A stretch of 64,000 bases of DNA from a virus: the IMG/VR virus record IMGVR_UViG_3300008952_000012, positions 32,001 through 96,000 of that record; one strand, 5' to 3'. This document shows, in pieces, positions 1 to 8,200 of this stretch. The notes under the pieces are model-generated. The model was not told the origin of the DNA, did no database searches, and saw only the letters and a program-made list of their open reading frames with translations. Each line of letters begins with the position of its first letter. The stretch's first letter is position 1. A program made the translations under genes and the position numbers.

Positions 1-773
1 AGATCTTTCAGGTCGGGACATCTAAGGTGCCAAAGGATGTGAATTTCACGTTTGAGGCCATGGCCACACCACCCTGGTTCGCAGATATTTATCACGCCGC
101 TAATATCGGCGCAGAATATTACCAGCCTATGATGGGGTGCCAGTCCGTGGTGGATGGCTCTCTTATAGATTTAGCGGACGGCGAAGAGTGGAAAAAGGGC
201 CATACGCTTGAAGAGGTCGTTGAGTCGGAGGGGGAGGGGGAGCAGACGATTAAGCACGAGACGATCATACTCCCTATGCCAACAACTGATGGTAAGGGAA
301 CCCGTGAGGTCCTCATACCTAAATCATTGATGGACCCGGTTATTACCACATCAGCCGCCGCAGAGGCGCTAGCGGAGCTATGGCTTGGGTTAAAAGAGAT
401 TGGCGCTAATACTAATTTGTTTATAGACGCCTACAATGATAGAGCATACGCAACAATGATTGATATATTAGGCAACTTGAATAAGGACATTTTATTGAAG
501 GTGCAGGATATGAACTCACCCAATATAACTTTGGGTGACACACCATTTGAGGGGTTCCATACATGGGCCGTTGGGAACCTGAAAGGCCTTTTAGATGGGG
601 AGGGGACGCCTATATCGGGCGCTGATGAGCGCTTGATTAAAGCGGACCCAAGAACCAAGCCCAGAACGGTCGATGCTTCTGTTGACACGCGGGCAGACAA
701 ATACGCAGCCGCCGCCTCATATTCTAGAGAATTACAGGCAGGGAAGCGTGGATATTCACCGGAGACTGCATAA
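1..773 (+). CDS. Hypothetical virion-module protein, 5'-truncated at the window edge
   Basis: The frame of the 27..773 ORF stays open back to base 3 (IFQVGTSK...), so the gene probably begins upstream. Its stop overlaps the next ATG (taatg). No recognisable motif. Confidence 0.6.
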   Translation, partial: IFQVGTSKVPKDVNFTFEAMATPPWFADIYHAANIGAEYYQPMMGCQSVVDGSLIDLADGEEWKKGHTLEEVVESEGEGEQTIKHETIILPMPTTDGKGTREVLIPKSLMDPVITTSAAAEALAELWLGLKEIGANTNLFIDAYNDRAYATMIDILGNLNKDILLKVQDMNSPNITLGDTPFEGFHTWAVGNLKGLLDGEGTPISGADERLIKADPRTKPRTVDASVDTRADKYAAAASYSRELQAGKRGYSPETA

Positions 774-976
774 TGAGTGATATTACCAGCGATACAGGCC
801 CCTTCGAAAAGGAGCTAATTGGTGATAAAGTTCCGGAGTCTTCATTAGACATACAAGATGACTTGGGTAATGATGCCGAGATTGGAGAGGTGACATTTGG
901 GAGAGGAGCTACTAAGAAGGTACTTCTCTGCACACAGGGTGTCACCTTGAAGAAACTAGTTGATATGTCCAAGTAG
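773..976 (+). CDS. Small acidic hypothetical protein
   Basis: 67 aa ORF translationally coupled to the upstream ORF (TAATG overlap). Confidence 0.6.
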   Translation: MSDITSDTGPFEKELIGDKVPESSLDIQDDLGNDAEIGEVTFGRGATKKVLLCTQGVTLKKLVDMSK

Positions 977-1062
977 GTAGTTCGTAATTGCTTTACTATG
1001 TTGCATAATAATCATGACGCTTTTAGGCTCTGCCGTGCCGAATTAACTGGAGGAAACCAACC

Positions 1063-1596
1063 ATGGAACAATTAAGTAAGTTGGCTGCCAAACAAAGGTT
1101 GGTTGCCGTTCTGGAACGGGAGTTCAGTGAAACTCCCGATTTTGATAAAGAAGCAAAAGCAAAAGCCTTTTTCGAGAATGTCGGGAAAGCGCTGTCTGGC
1201 TGGGGAAAGAAAGCCAAGGAAACCGCTAAAGGCGCTGTTGAGGGCGTCAAAAAGGAGGTTTCTGTGATGCGAGGCAAGCCCCAGGAGAAGCTCAAAGAAG
1301 AGGCGAAGCAAGGGCGGCTACTAAAAGTGCTTAAATCCAAGCCAAAGGCGCAGTCAAAGAAGCAAGCGAAAAAAATCCTCAGTCAGGACTCAGCCAAAAC
1401 TCTCGCTGACCGGAGCAAAGCTCTCGACAAGGCCGAAAAGGGCCCTTTGACCAAAAAACAAAAGCGTAAGCTGATGGTCATGGACAAACAAACTAGTCAC
1501 TCTAGAAAGAGGGCCGTCGCTGTAGGTGGTGGTGGCTTATTAGGTTTAGGAACTTTGGGACTGATGAGCAGTTCCGACAAAACAGAGCGGGCGTAG
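1063..1596 (+). CDS. Basic K-x-A-motif protein with a C-terminal Gly-rich hydrophobic segment (putative virion internal/ejection protein)
   Basis: Strong RBS (GGAGG) before the ATG. SKLAA and FDKEA motifs are followed by a Lys-rich amphipathic region. C-terminus is AVAVGGGGLLGLGTLGLM. Confidence 0.7.
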   Translation: MEQLSKLAAKQRLVAVLEREFSETPDFDKEAKAKAFFENVGKALSGWGKKAKETAKGAVEGVKKEVSVMRGKPQEKLKEEAKQGRLLKVLKSKPKAQSKKQAKKILSQDSAKTLADRSKALDKAEKGPLTKKQKRKLMVMDKQTSHSRKRAVAVGGGGLLGLGTLGLMSSSDKTERA

Positions 1597-1616
1597 CTCG
1601 TATTTATTAGGAGGTA

Positions 1617-2519
1617 ATGAAGATGCTTTCAGCAGATAGACGAGCTACGTTGGAAAACCGGCTTGCAAACACAGTGTATGAAGAACCACAGCCCATGTAT
1701 AAACAGGCGACCATTGAGAAGGTGGCTGAGTTTAGGGATTATTACGGGTGGATGTGGCCTATTGCTCTTGAGAAAGAGGCCGCTGCCGCTGGTAACGAAG
1801 AGCTTATGAAGATCGCTGAGATTGAGAAGCAGGCTATTAAGGCGTGGCTTCTTCGCCAGGGTCTTGGTTTAGCAGGCCGAGCGCGGCAGGTGGCGGGTGC
1901 TCTTAAGTCTACCGCTGGTCGTGGGTTAAGTCGTTTCGGGGTGGCCGGTGGCCGCGCTGATCTGGCTGGCCAGAGAGCGATCCGCGCTGGTCAGCAAACC
2001 AAAGCGTATGGTACTGCTCAACGCGCAACTGCTCAGGCAGCCAAGGATATTGGCCTCACCCCAGCGCTGGCGCGAGTTATTAGCGGCACGACCAAGGCGC
2101 AGACTAGAGCCGCTGCTGCAAAGGCCGGTACCTCGAAAGCTAAGCAAATCACTCAGGCCACCACTAGGGCCCGGGCTGACGCAAGCTTCAAGGGAAGCTT
2201 GGTTGACAAGGCCAGAGCCAAGGGCCTGATTCCCGGCGACAAGGGCGCGACCCGTGCTTTCACTAAGAATACCAAAGATAAGAAGCTCACAAGACAGCTT
2301 GTCAATGTTCAGGGCCAGAAGGCTAAGGGCAAAATGGTTCGAGACATCTACGGTCGAGCTACGGCACAGGCCGCTGAGCGGGGCGGTATTGCCGGAGTCA
2401 CCCAGAAGGGTCTTGAGGCAGCACTCGCTGCACCATCCACTGTCAGTAGGTGGGGCAAGGGTCTGAAGCGGGCATTTGGTAAAAGAGATTGGGCCGCTGA
2501 AGCTGCTCGTCTTGCGTAG
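1617..2519 (+). CDS. K-x-A-motif precursor-like protein with an Ala/Gly/Arg/Lys-rich mature region (putative virion internal protein)
   Basis: AGGAGG RBS; the ATG at 1623 has better spacing than 1617. Five motifs (YKQA, EKVA, EKEA, MKIA, EKQA) lie in the first 73 aa, after which the composition switches to strongly basic. Confidence 0.7.
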   Translation: MKMLSADRRATLENRLANTVYEEPQPMYKQATIEKVAEFRDYYGWMWPIALEKEAAAAGNEELMKIAEIEKQAIKAWLLRQGLGLAGRARQVAGALKSTAGRGLSRFGVAGGRADLAGQRAIRAGQQTKAYGTAQRATAQAAKDIGLTPALARVISGTTKAQTRAAAAKAGTSKAKQITQATTRARADASFKGSLVDKARAKGLIPGDKGATRAFTKNTKDKKLTRQLVNVQGQKAKGKMVRDIYGRATAQAAERGGIAGVTQKGLEAALAAPSTVSRWGKGLKRAFGKRDWAAEAARLA

Positions 2520-2542
2520 CATAACTTGAGAGTAAACTTGGT

Positions 2543-3442
2543 ATGGAGATGGCTTTGGAATCCAATCCTGTAGTGGATTTCCTGAAATTTGCTGAAAAGC
2601 GAACTCAGGTGCGCGCACACGTGCGACGCACAAAAGACAAAGTTGTACCAGTTACTCAACATGATCGGGAGCTATCCGAATCCGCAGAGGAGGATAAACA
2701 TGCCCCCGAAGGCTACGCACACCCGGAGCTACAGTTAGACGATAAGAAGGCCATAGAACTTGAGTTGTGGCGGAAGTGGAAAGAGGGGGGAGAGAATCCT
2801 AGAGACCTCGCCCCCCTTTTGCGAAGCTTCCGACCACTGCTCAGGTCCAAAGCCAACGTCTACAAAGGCAAGGTGAAGATGATTCCAGACTCTGCCATTG
2901 AGGCAGAGTTTCAACTTCGCTTTGTTGACGCCCTGCGCTCCTATGACCCGAAGAAGGGCTCACTAGGAACGTACGTCTATAGGTATTTGGATAAGTCGAA
3001 GCGCTTCATTGTCGAGAACCAAAACATCGGTCGCATACCCGAAAACCGTGTCTACAAGATTCGGCAGTACACCTCCGCTAGGGATGAGCTATCGGAAGAT
3101 TTTGGGAGGGTGCCCTCTGTTGAAGAGGTTGCCCAAAGACTCGGATGGAGGTTGGCGGAAGCAAAGCGTATGGATTCTGAACTTAGGAATGATCTGCTAA
3201 CGCAGGGGTTCGAAGAAGATCCATACGCCATTACTCCGTCAAAATCAGAAGAGGTGCTTCGCCTTTTCAAGTATGAGCTTACGGGCAACGAGCGTGCGGT
3301 GTACGAACACCTCACCGGTTATGGAAAACCAAAGATTTCGTCAACCAGCGAAATAGCTAAGCGCTTGAAGATGCCAGACTATCAGGTCAGTCGCCTCAAG
3401 AATGCTATTCAAAAAAAGTTAAAGAGGTATCTACATGGCTGA
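2543..3442 (+). CDS. Phage RNA polymerase sigma factor, sigma-70 family (FliA/WhiG-like)
   Basis: Region 2-like YDPKKGSLGTYV, RIP motif, region 3-like FGRVPSVEEVAQRLG, and region 4 HTH-like LTGNERAVY...STSEIAKRLKMPDYQVSRLKNAIQKKLK. Confidence 0.85.
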   Translation: MEMALESNPVVDFLKFAEKRTQVRAHVRRTKDKVVPVTQHDRELSESAEEDKHAPEGYAHPELQLDDKKAIELELWRKWKEGGENPRDLAPLLRSFRPLLRSKANVYKGKVKMIPDSAIEAEFQLRFVDALRSYDPKKGSLGTYVYRYLDKSKRFIVENQNIGRIPENRVYKIRQYTSARDELSEDFGRVPSVEEVAQRLGWRLAEAKRMDSELRNDLLTQGFEEDPYAITPSKSEEVLRLFKYELTGNERAVYEHLTGYGKPKISSTSEIAKRLKMPDYQVSRLKNAIQKKLKRYLHG

Positions 3443-4181
3443 TAAGAACAAGACCGCGAATATCGCCAAGGTCCATTTCCTTATGAAGGAAAAGGGTATG
3501 AGCGCTACAGAAGCAATCAAACAAGCGTACCCAAGCTGGCCCGAAGAAAAGGTCAAGGCTTTAGCAGCCAAGCTTGATGCCATGAAGGGCGCGGGCAAGG
3601 CGATGGCCTCCGGCGGACCAATGGCAGCCAAGAAAGAAGAGCCACAGGAAGAGGAAGCTGAAAAAGAAGCGTCTGTGCTCGTGGCTGGCTTGCGGCAGGG
3701 CTCTGGCGCTCTTTACGGAAGCTTCGTTAAAAAGCAGGCTGCCCGAGAGAAGCTAGCGGCAGTCGTTTCTAACAACTGGCTGTCGAACAAGTACCTCGGA
3801 CCAGCCCTGGCGCTTAGTGATAATGACCTCTACAAAAACTACATGACTCGGTCACCGTACGTGAACACCGGCCTGGACACGCGCTTTTATAAAGAGAAGC
3901 AGGCGATGCTCAATCCGCTCGCCGCTGCCAAGGCGACTAGATGGCTGAAGACACTTTTTAGTGAAGGGTCGAAAGCCGTGAGCAAGGGTGCAAGGCATGT
4001 CGCTGAGAAAACGAGCAAGACGGTTGCCAAGCACATGCCCAGAACGAGCGCGTCCGTTAGGTCGAAGTTTCAGGATCTTGTTAAGAACAATCCCGAGGCC
4101 TGGGCGAACATCAAGAAGTACTACAAGCCTGTTCTTGGCGGCGCTGCTGGCACTATAGCCATCGGCAAGTTGGTGGATTAA
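3435..4181 (+). CDS. K-x-A-motif protein (putative virion internal protein)
   Basis: Overlaps the sigma stop codon. Motifs NKTA, IKQA, EKEAS, KKQAA, EKLAA and EKQAM are followed by a basic amphipathic segment and a GGAAGTIAIG C-terminus. Confidence 0.7.
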   Translation: MADKNKTANIAKVHFLMKEKGMSATEAIKQAYPSWPEEKVKALAAKLDAMKGAGKAMASGGPMAAKKEEPQEEEAEKEASVLVAGLRQGSGALYGSFVKKQAAREKLAAVVSNNWLSNKYLGPALALSDNDLYKNYMTRSPYVNTGLDTRFYKEKQAMLNPLAAAKATRWLKTLFSEGSKAVSKGARHVAEKTSKTVAKHMPRTSASVRSKFQDLVKNNPEAWANIKKYYKPVLGGAAGTIAIGKLVD

Positions 4182-4183
4182 AA

Positions 4184-4441
4184 ATGGCCACGCTGCATGG
4201 ATTATTACTTAGAAATACGAATAAGGATGAGTTTTTAGAAGATTTAAAAACTCAGGTTGTCCGGTTTCTTCGTTCTGAAAAGATAAGACTCAAAACTGAG
4301 AGAGCCTTTCTAACATCTGTGCAGGCGGGTCTTACGGAAGCCGACATTAAGTACAAGAGGTTGGCAGAGGTAGAGACCTATGCTGACGTTTCTAAGCTCT
4401 TAGGGATTAGCCCATCAAAGGACACAGGCAGTGAAGGTTAA
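4184..4441 (+). CDS. Small hypothetical protein
   Basis: 85 aa ORF tightly packed between its neighbours in the same operon. Confidence 0.6.
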   Translation: MATLHGLLLRNTNKDEFLEDLKTQVVRFLRSEKIRLKTERAFLTSVQAGLTEADIKYKRLAEVETYADVSKLLGISPSKDTGSEG

Positions 4442-5678
4442 ACTAGGGACAAACGCGGTTCTTCCGTTCTTCGATTCTACAGCAGTGGTTGGCGTTGCCA
4501 GCTTCACTGTTCAGGTCGATGACCCTAGTGGTGCAACCATTGCCACAGTGGACATGGTGGCGGTTACAGATGTACCCAACCTTCACCTAAGCGAGCCGGT
4601 TCTATTCGCTACCCCAGGTCAGCATACTGCAACGTATACTTACGACGGTGATGTCGTTAAGCAGGCATTCATTGAGGCCGGTGCCGCACCGATAAGCGAC
4701 TACCCAAGAGCCGTTGCTTCCCCACTGGTGCTGGACCAGCGAGTTGCTGGTGGCCCCGCCGAAACAATCACCGTGCAGGTCATTGATCAGTCGGGGGAAA
4801 CCGTCTTTGGGCCAGTGATTGCTCCATATGTTGCCGGTTCTTCTGGTTACGTATCTTCATATACGTTTCTTAATGAGGAGCAGTACTTTGTTGTCTGGCT
4901 AACGGGCGCTCCGGCTGTCCCCTTTAACATGGAGCCAGCCATTGTCTTGGCCCCGCTGGGGGCGGAGACGTGTAGGTTTACTGTTGCCACCCTGGAAGGG
5001 AACAACGGTAATCCGCACACGAGTACAACCGTTTTAGCGAGTCTCCCAAACGGCACACCTGTAGCTCAAGGCCTTACCGACATAGAGGGCGAGGTTGTGA
5101 TCAACCTAGATCCGACAAGCTATGTTTTGTCTTTAGCGAAAGACGGAGTGGTCTTTTCCAGAAATAACTTCACCATTGACGTTATCAACACCAGGGAGAT
5201 CTCTAACGACCCGCTATTGTACTCACCAGAGGCAACCGAGATTCAGGCCTTCCAGATTGTTACAGGCTCTTTTACTCCGACGTTCACTGCCCCCATATCC
5301 CCAGCGCCAATGTGCCAGCTATTCGCTGATATTTACCGCATGAGTGGGAAGCCTTTATCACACGCTAATGTGCAAGTGCGGCTTTTGCATACGCCCCAGT
5401 TGTTTTCCGGGGTAGCCGTGTTTGATACACAGGCTACGCATAAAACAGACGCCAACGGGCATGTGGAGTTTATGCTTGTTCAGGGGGTTAAAATAGAGGT
5501 AATAATTGCTCCGCTCTCGCTGAGACGCATTGTTACCGTGCCCTCTGGGGACGACGCGGTTGATCCAAATTCAGGACAGTTTATACCTGTCAATCTACTA
5601 GATCTTATGGCCAGCGCTGACGATGTATTCAACATCATTAAGGCCGAGGCCCCAGCCGCTCCGAGGAGGACTCTGTAG
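4431..5678 (+). CDS. Beta-rich structural protein with Cna-B/carboxypeptidase-regulatory-like (transthyretin-fold) domains
   Basis: GTG start. Two T-D-x-x-G-x-V motifs (GLTDIEGEVVI, KTDANGHVEF). Paralogous to 8201..9163. Confidence 0.55.
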   Translation: MKVKLGTNAVLPFFDSTAVVGVASFTVQVDDPSGATIATVDMVAVTDVPNLHLSEPVLFATPGQHTATYTYDGDVVKQAFIEAGAAPISDYPRAVASPLVLDQRVAGGPAETITVQVIDQSGETVFGPVIAPYVAGSSGYVSSYTFLNEEQYFVVWLTGAPAVPFNMEPAIVLAPLGAETCRFTVATLEGNNGNPHTSTTVLASLPNGTPVAQGLTDIEGEVVINLDPTSYVLSLAKDGVVFSRNNFTIDVINTREISNDPLLYSPEATEIQAFQIVTGSFTPTFTAPISPAPMCQLFADIYRMSGKPLSHANVQVRLLHTPQLFSGVAVFDTQATHKTDANGHVEFMLVQGVKIEVIIAPLSLRRIVTVPSGDDAVDPNSGQFIPVNLLDLMASADDVFNIIKAEAPAAPRRTL

Positions 5679-7360
5679 TGAGTTTTGACCGAAAAGAAGC
5701 GCTGGATTTCATGCGGAGGTTTACAAAAGAAGCCTCCGCATCAAGCGTATCCGGACGGCCCGGGCAGGGCCTTGATATTATGGGGATGGGCATGGCCCCG
5801 TGGCCCATTAAGCAGCAGCCAGTCACAGGTGCGACGACACAGAGCTTACTGAGCAAGCAGCTTGTTAACTACGCGGCGAAGTCTCAACAAAAGAAGATGA
5901 CGGGAAGTATCAACGCGTCTGGCAACCGGCAGATGGCCAAAAAAACCGGCAAGGGCGAGCTTCTCGGAAAGACCGACACCATTCTCTCCGATCCGAACGA
6001 AGCAAAGACTGCTGCGGTCAAGAAGAGAGAGCGCCCGCGAGAAGTAAAGAATCTTCTGTCAAGACTTACTGGTGGGGACATAGCTATTGCTGGTGGGATC
6101 TCCGGAGCCGGTACGGGGCTCGCTACATATGACCAGCTAGGGAAATTCAACGAACTCCTGAAGGGGCACGAAAAAGCCCTGAAGTCCAAGGCCCGAAGCC
6201 TAGAAGGCACGGGGAAGCTAAAGGCCGAGACGCTTGAGAAGCTATACAAGGAAAAGGCGGAGAAGCTCCCGAGGCTGCTTCGCTGGTATGCGAAACGAAA
6301 AGGCATGCCGGACACAATCGACCTAAAGAAACATCTACCGGAGATAGAGAAGCAGATCCCACGGCTAACTATGTCAAGGAAGGCCGTAACCCGGACAGCC
6401 ATGAAATCGGGGGCCAAGGTTGGTACCGGCGCTGTTCTGTCACTCCTTCTAGCCCGAGCTTTGTCCAGGAAAGCAGAGAAGAGCAGAAAACTGACAAACA
6501 TCACCAACGTCCTCGATGGCGGCACTGTGAAGCTGTCCTCTGCAGAATATCTTGAGAAGGAAGCCCGTTTCGCTGCCGCAGCACGCATGTGGGGGTGGGG
6601 CAAGAACCTTCTCCGAAATCTTGCCCCTAGGGTTGCTGCACCAGAGGCCGCGTTACCACATGCCGGAAAAGTATTTCAAAGCGCTGGGGCGGGAACCTCT
6701 GAGGCGGTCAATGCCTCTACGAGATTAAGAAACGCGCTTAGTGCTGCCAAAGGAAAGTTTTGGGCGAAGGGAACCGGAAGGAAAAACGTATACCGCAAGC
6801 TAGATGATGCCGGTAAACCGCTTCTGGACGACGCCGGAAAAGAAGTGCAGTTCCTTTCAAGCAAGGGGATGTTTAGGGCACCCAAAGACTGGCAGAAGGT
6901 AAAGAGATGGGACCAGACCGGTGGGTGGATTCAGCAGGGCGTGAAGGGTCTCGCTAGACATGGATCACAGGGTGCCGTAGGCGGATACGGTTTGTCGTGG
7001 GCGTTAAACCAAGACGCTAAGTGGAATGACCAGAAGCGCATCGATATGGCCTTAGGTGGCGCTCTCCTCTACCCATCCATGAAGTTTTCAAACATGCCTG
7101 CGTCGCTAGCAGCGGCTGGGGCGCAATGGGCTGCCCCAAACACTCTTGGAGGAGTTATCCCCGGAGCGTTTACGTCGGCCAAGCGACTTTGGGACACTAA
7201 GGGCGGCGATGGTACTCGCTTTTCAAAGATGCAGAATCTTAGCACTTCGTTAGCGGCACCACAGTTGGCGGCCAGAAAAGCTACTGAAACCAAGGCTAAG
7301 AGGCTGAACGCCAACGCACGCAAAATTCAACGAGAGCTTGCCGAGGCAAAAACCACATAG
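5678..7360 (+). CDS. Large basic K-x-A-motif polyprotein-like virion protein with several Gly/Ala-rich hydrophobic segments
   Basis: GGAGG RBS and GTG start. Motifs RKEA, TKEAS, AKTAA and internal YLEKEA (6554-6565). Hydrophobic segments include GGDIAIAGGISGAGTGLA, GTGAVLSLLLA, GAVGGYGLSWAL and ASLAAAGAQWAA. Confidence 0.7.
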   Translation: MSFDRKEALDFMRRFTKEASASSVSGRPGQGLDIMGMGMAPWPIKQQPVTGATTQSLLSKQLVNYAAKSQQKKMTGSINASGNRQMAKKTGKGELLGKTDTILSDPNEAKTAAVKKRERPREVKNLLSRLTGGDIAIAGGISGAGTGLATYDQLGKFNELLKGHEKALKSKARSLEGTGKLKAETLEKLYKEKAEKLPRLLRWYAKRKGMPDTIDLKKHLPEIEKQIPRLTMSRKAVTRTAMKSGAKVGTGAVLSLLLARALSRKAEKSRKLTNITNVLDGGTVKLSSAEYLEKEARFAAAARMWGWGKNLLRNLAPRVAAPEAALPHAGKVFQSAGAGTSEAVNASTRLRNALSAAKGKFWAKGTGRKNVYRKLDDAGKPLLDDAGKEVQFLSSKGMFRAPKDWQKVKRWDQTGGWIQQGVKGLARHGSQGAVGGYGLSWALNQDAKWNDQKRIDMALGGALLYPSMKFSNMPASLAAAGAQWAAPNTLGGVIPGAFTSAKRLWDTKGGDGTRFSKMQNLSTSLAAPQLAARKATETKAKRLNANARKIQRELAEAKTT

Positions 7361-7380
7361 GCTCTATAAGGAAGTTAGCT

Positions 7381-8187
7381 ATGGAATATTACGTATCAAA
7401 TGAAAAACGGGAGCAGCTAAGAACTGCTTTTCATAAAGTAGCCATGGCTAAGTCTCCCAGCCTTGAGAGCAAGGTTCTAGAGACAACTACTAAGCTTGCG
7501 TTTGTTCGTGAGCTTGCGGAAATTGACCCGGGCTTGGATTTCGAAAAGACCGCTGGTTTCTGGGACTTCGTAAAGAAGTGGGGTCCGGATATCGCACTTA
7601 CCGCACTTATGTTTGTGCCTGGGATTAACGTTGGCGCAGGTGCCATGCTTGCTGCCCGAGGAGCGCTCGCCGTAGGCAGGGCAGGGCTGGCCGCTCGCAA
7701 AGTGTATCAGGCAGGAAGGGCGGTTAAGGGCCTAAGGAGCCTAAAAACTATGGGCTCGGCCCTCAGGGGACCGAAAGCGGTAGCGAGTTCTTTCAGAAAG
7801 GCGCAAGGGCTTAAGCCAGGAACGTTCCTAAGAGGCGCAAACAATACTCAGAGAGCCGCGTGGAAATCGCAAGCTCAGGGTGGTAGAGGCATGCTGTCGA
7901 AGGCTTGGCACGGCACTGGTAAGGGTTCGTGGCGCGGCGGCGGCGGCCTCAAGAGCGTTGTTGGTAACACAGACAAGGCTACCGGCGCGTGGAAGTTTAG
8001 TCCTTTAAAAACTGGCTTCAATGCCCTCGCACTGGCCGAAGGTGTCCCAGCGGCCAGTCGAATGGTGAGAGGAAAGCCCAAAACTTGGGGCGATCATATG
8101 GGCGGCGGCGGAGCCGGACAGAGCCACTATCAAGGCGGCGGATTCAAGAAGATGCAGGCCTTGTCATCTGGCGCTGCAAACGCATAG
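7381..8187 (+). CDS. K-x-A-motif protein with a predicted membrane helix (putative ejection/membrane-active protein)
   Basis: FHKVA, TKLAF and DFEKTA are followed by GFWDFVKKWG, then the hydrophobic IALTALMFVPGINVGAGAMLAA and a Gly/Lys/Arg-rich remainder. Confidence 0.7.
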   Translation: MEYYVSNEKREQLRTAFHKVAMAKSPSLESKVLETTTKLAFVRELAEIDPGLDFEKTAGFWDFVKKWGPDIALTALMFVPGINVGAGAMLAARGALAVGRAGLAARKVYQAGRAVKGLRSLKTMGSALRGPKAVASSFRKAQGLKPGTFLRGANNTQRAAWKSQAQGGRGMLSKAWHGTGKGSWRGGGGLKSVVGNTDKATGAWKFSPLKTGFNALALAEGVPAASRMVRGKPKTWGDHMGGGGAGQSHYQGGGFKKMQALSSGAANA

Positions 8188-8200
8188 GAGAGAGCAATAA

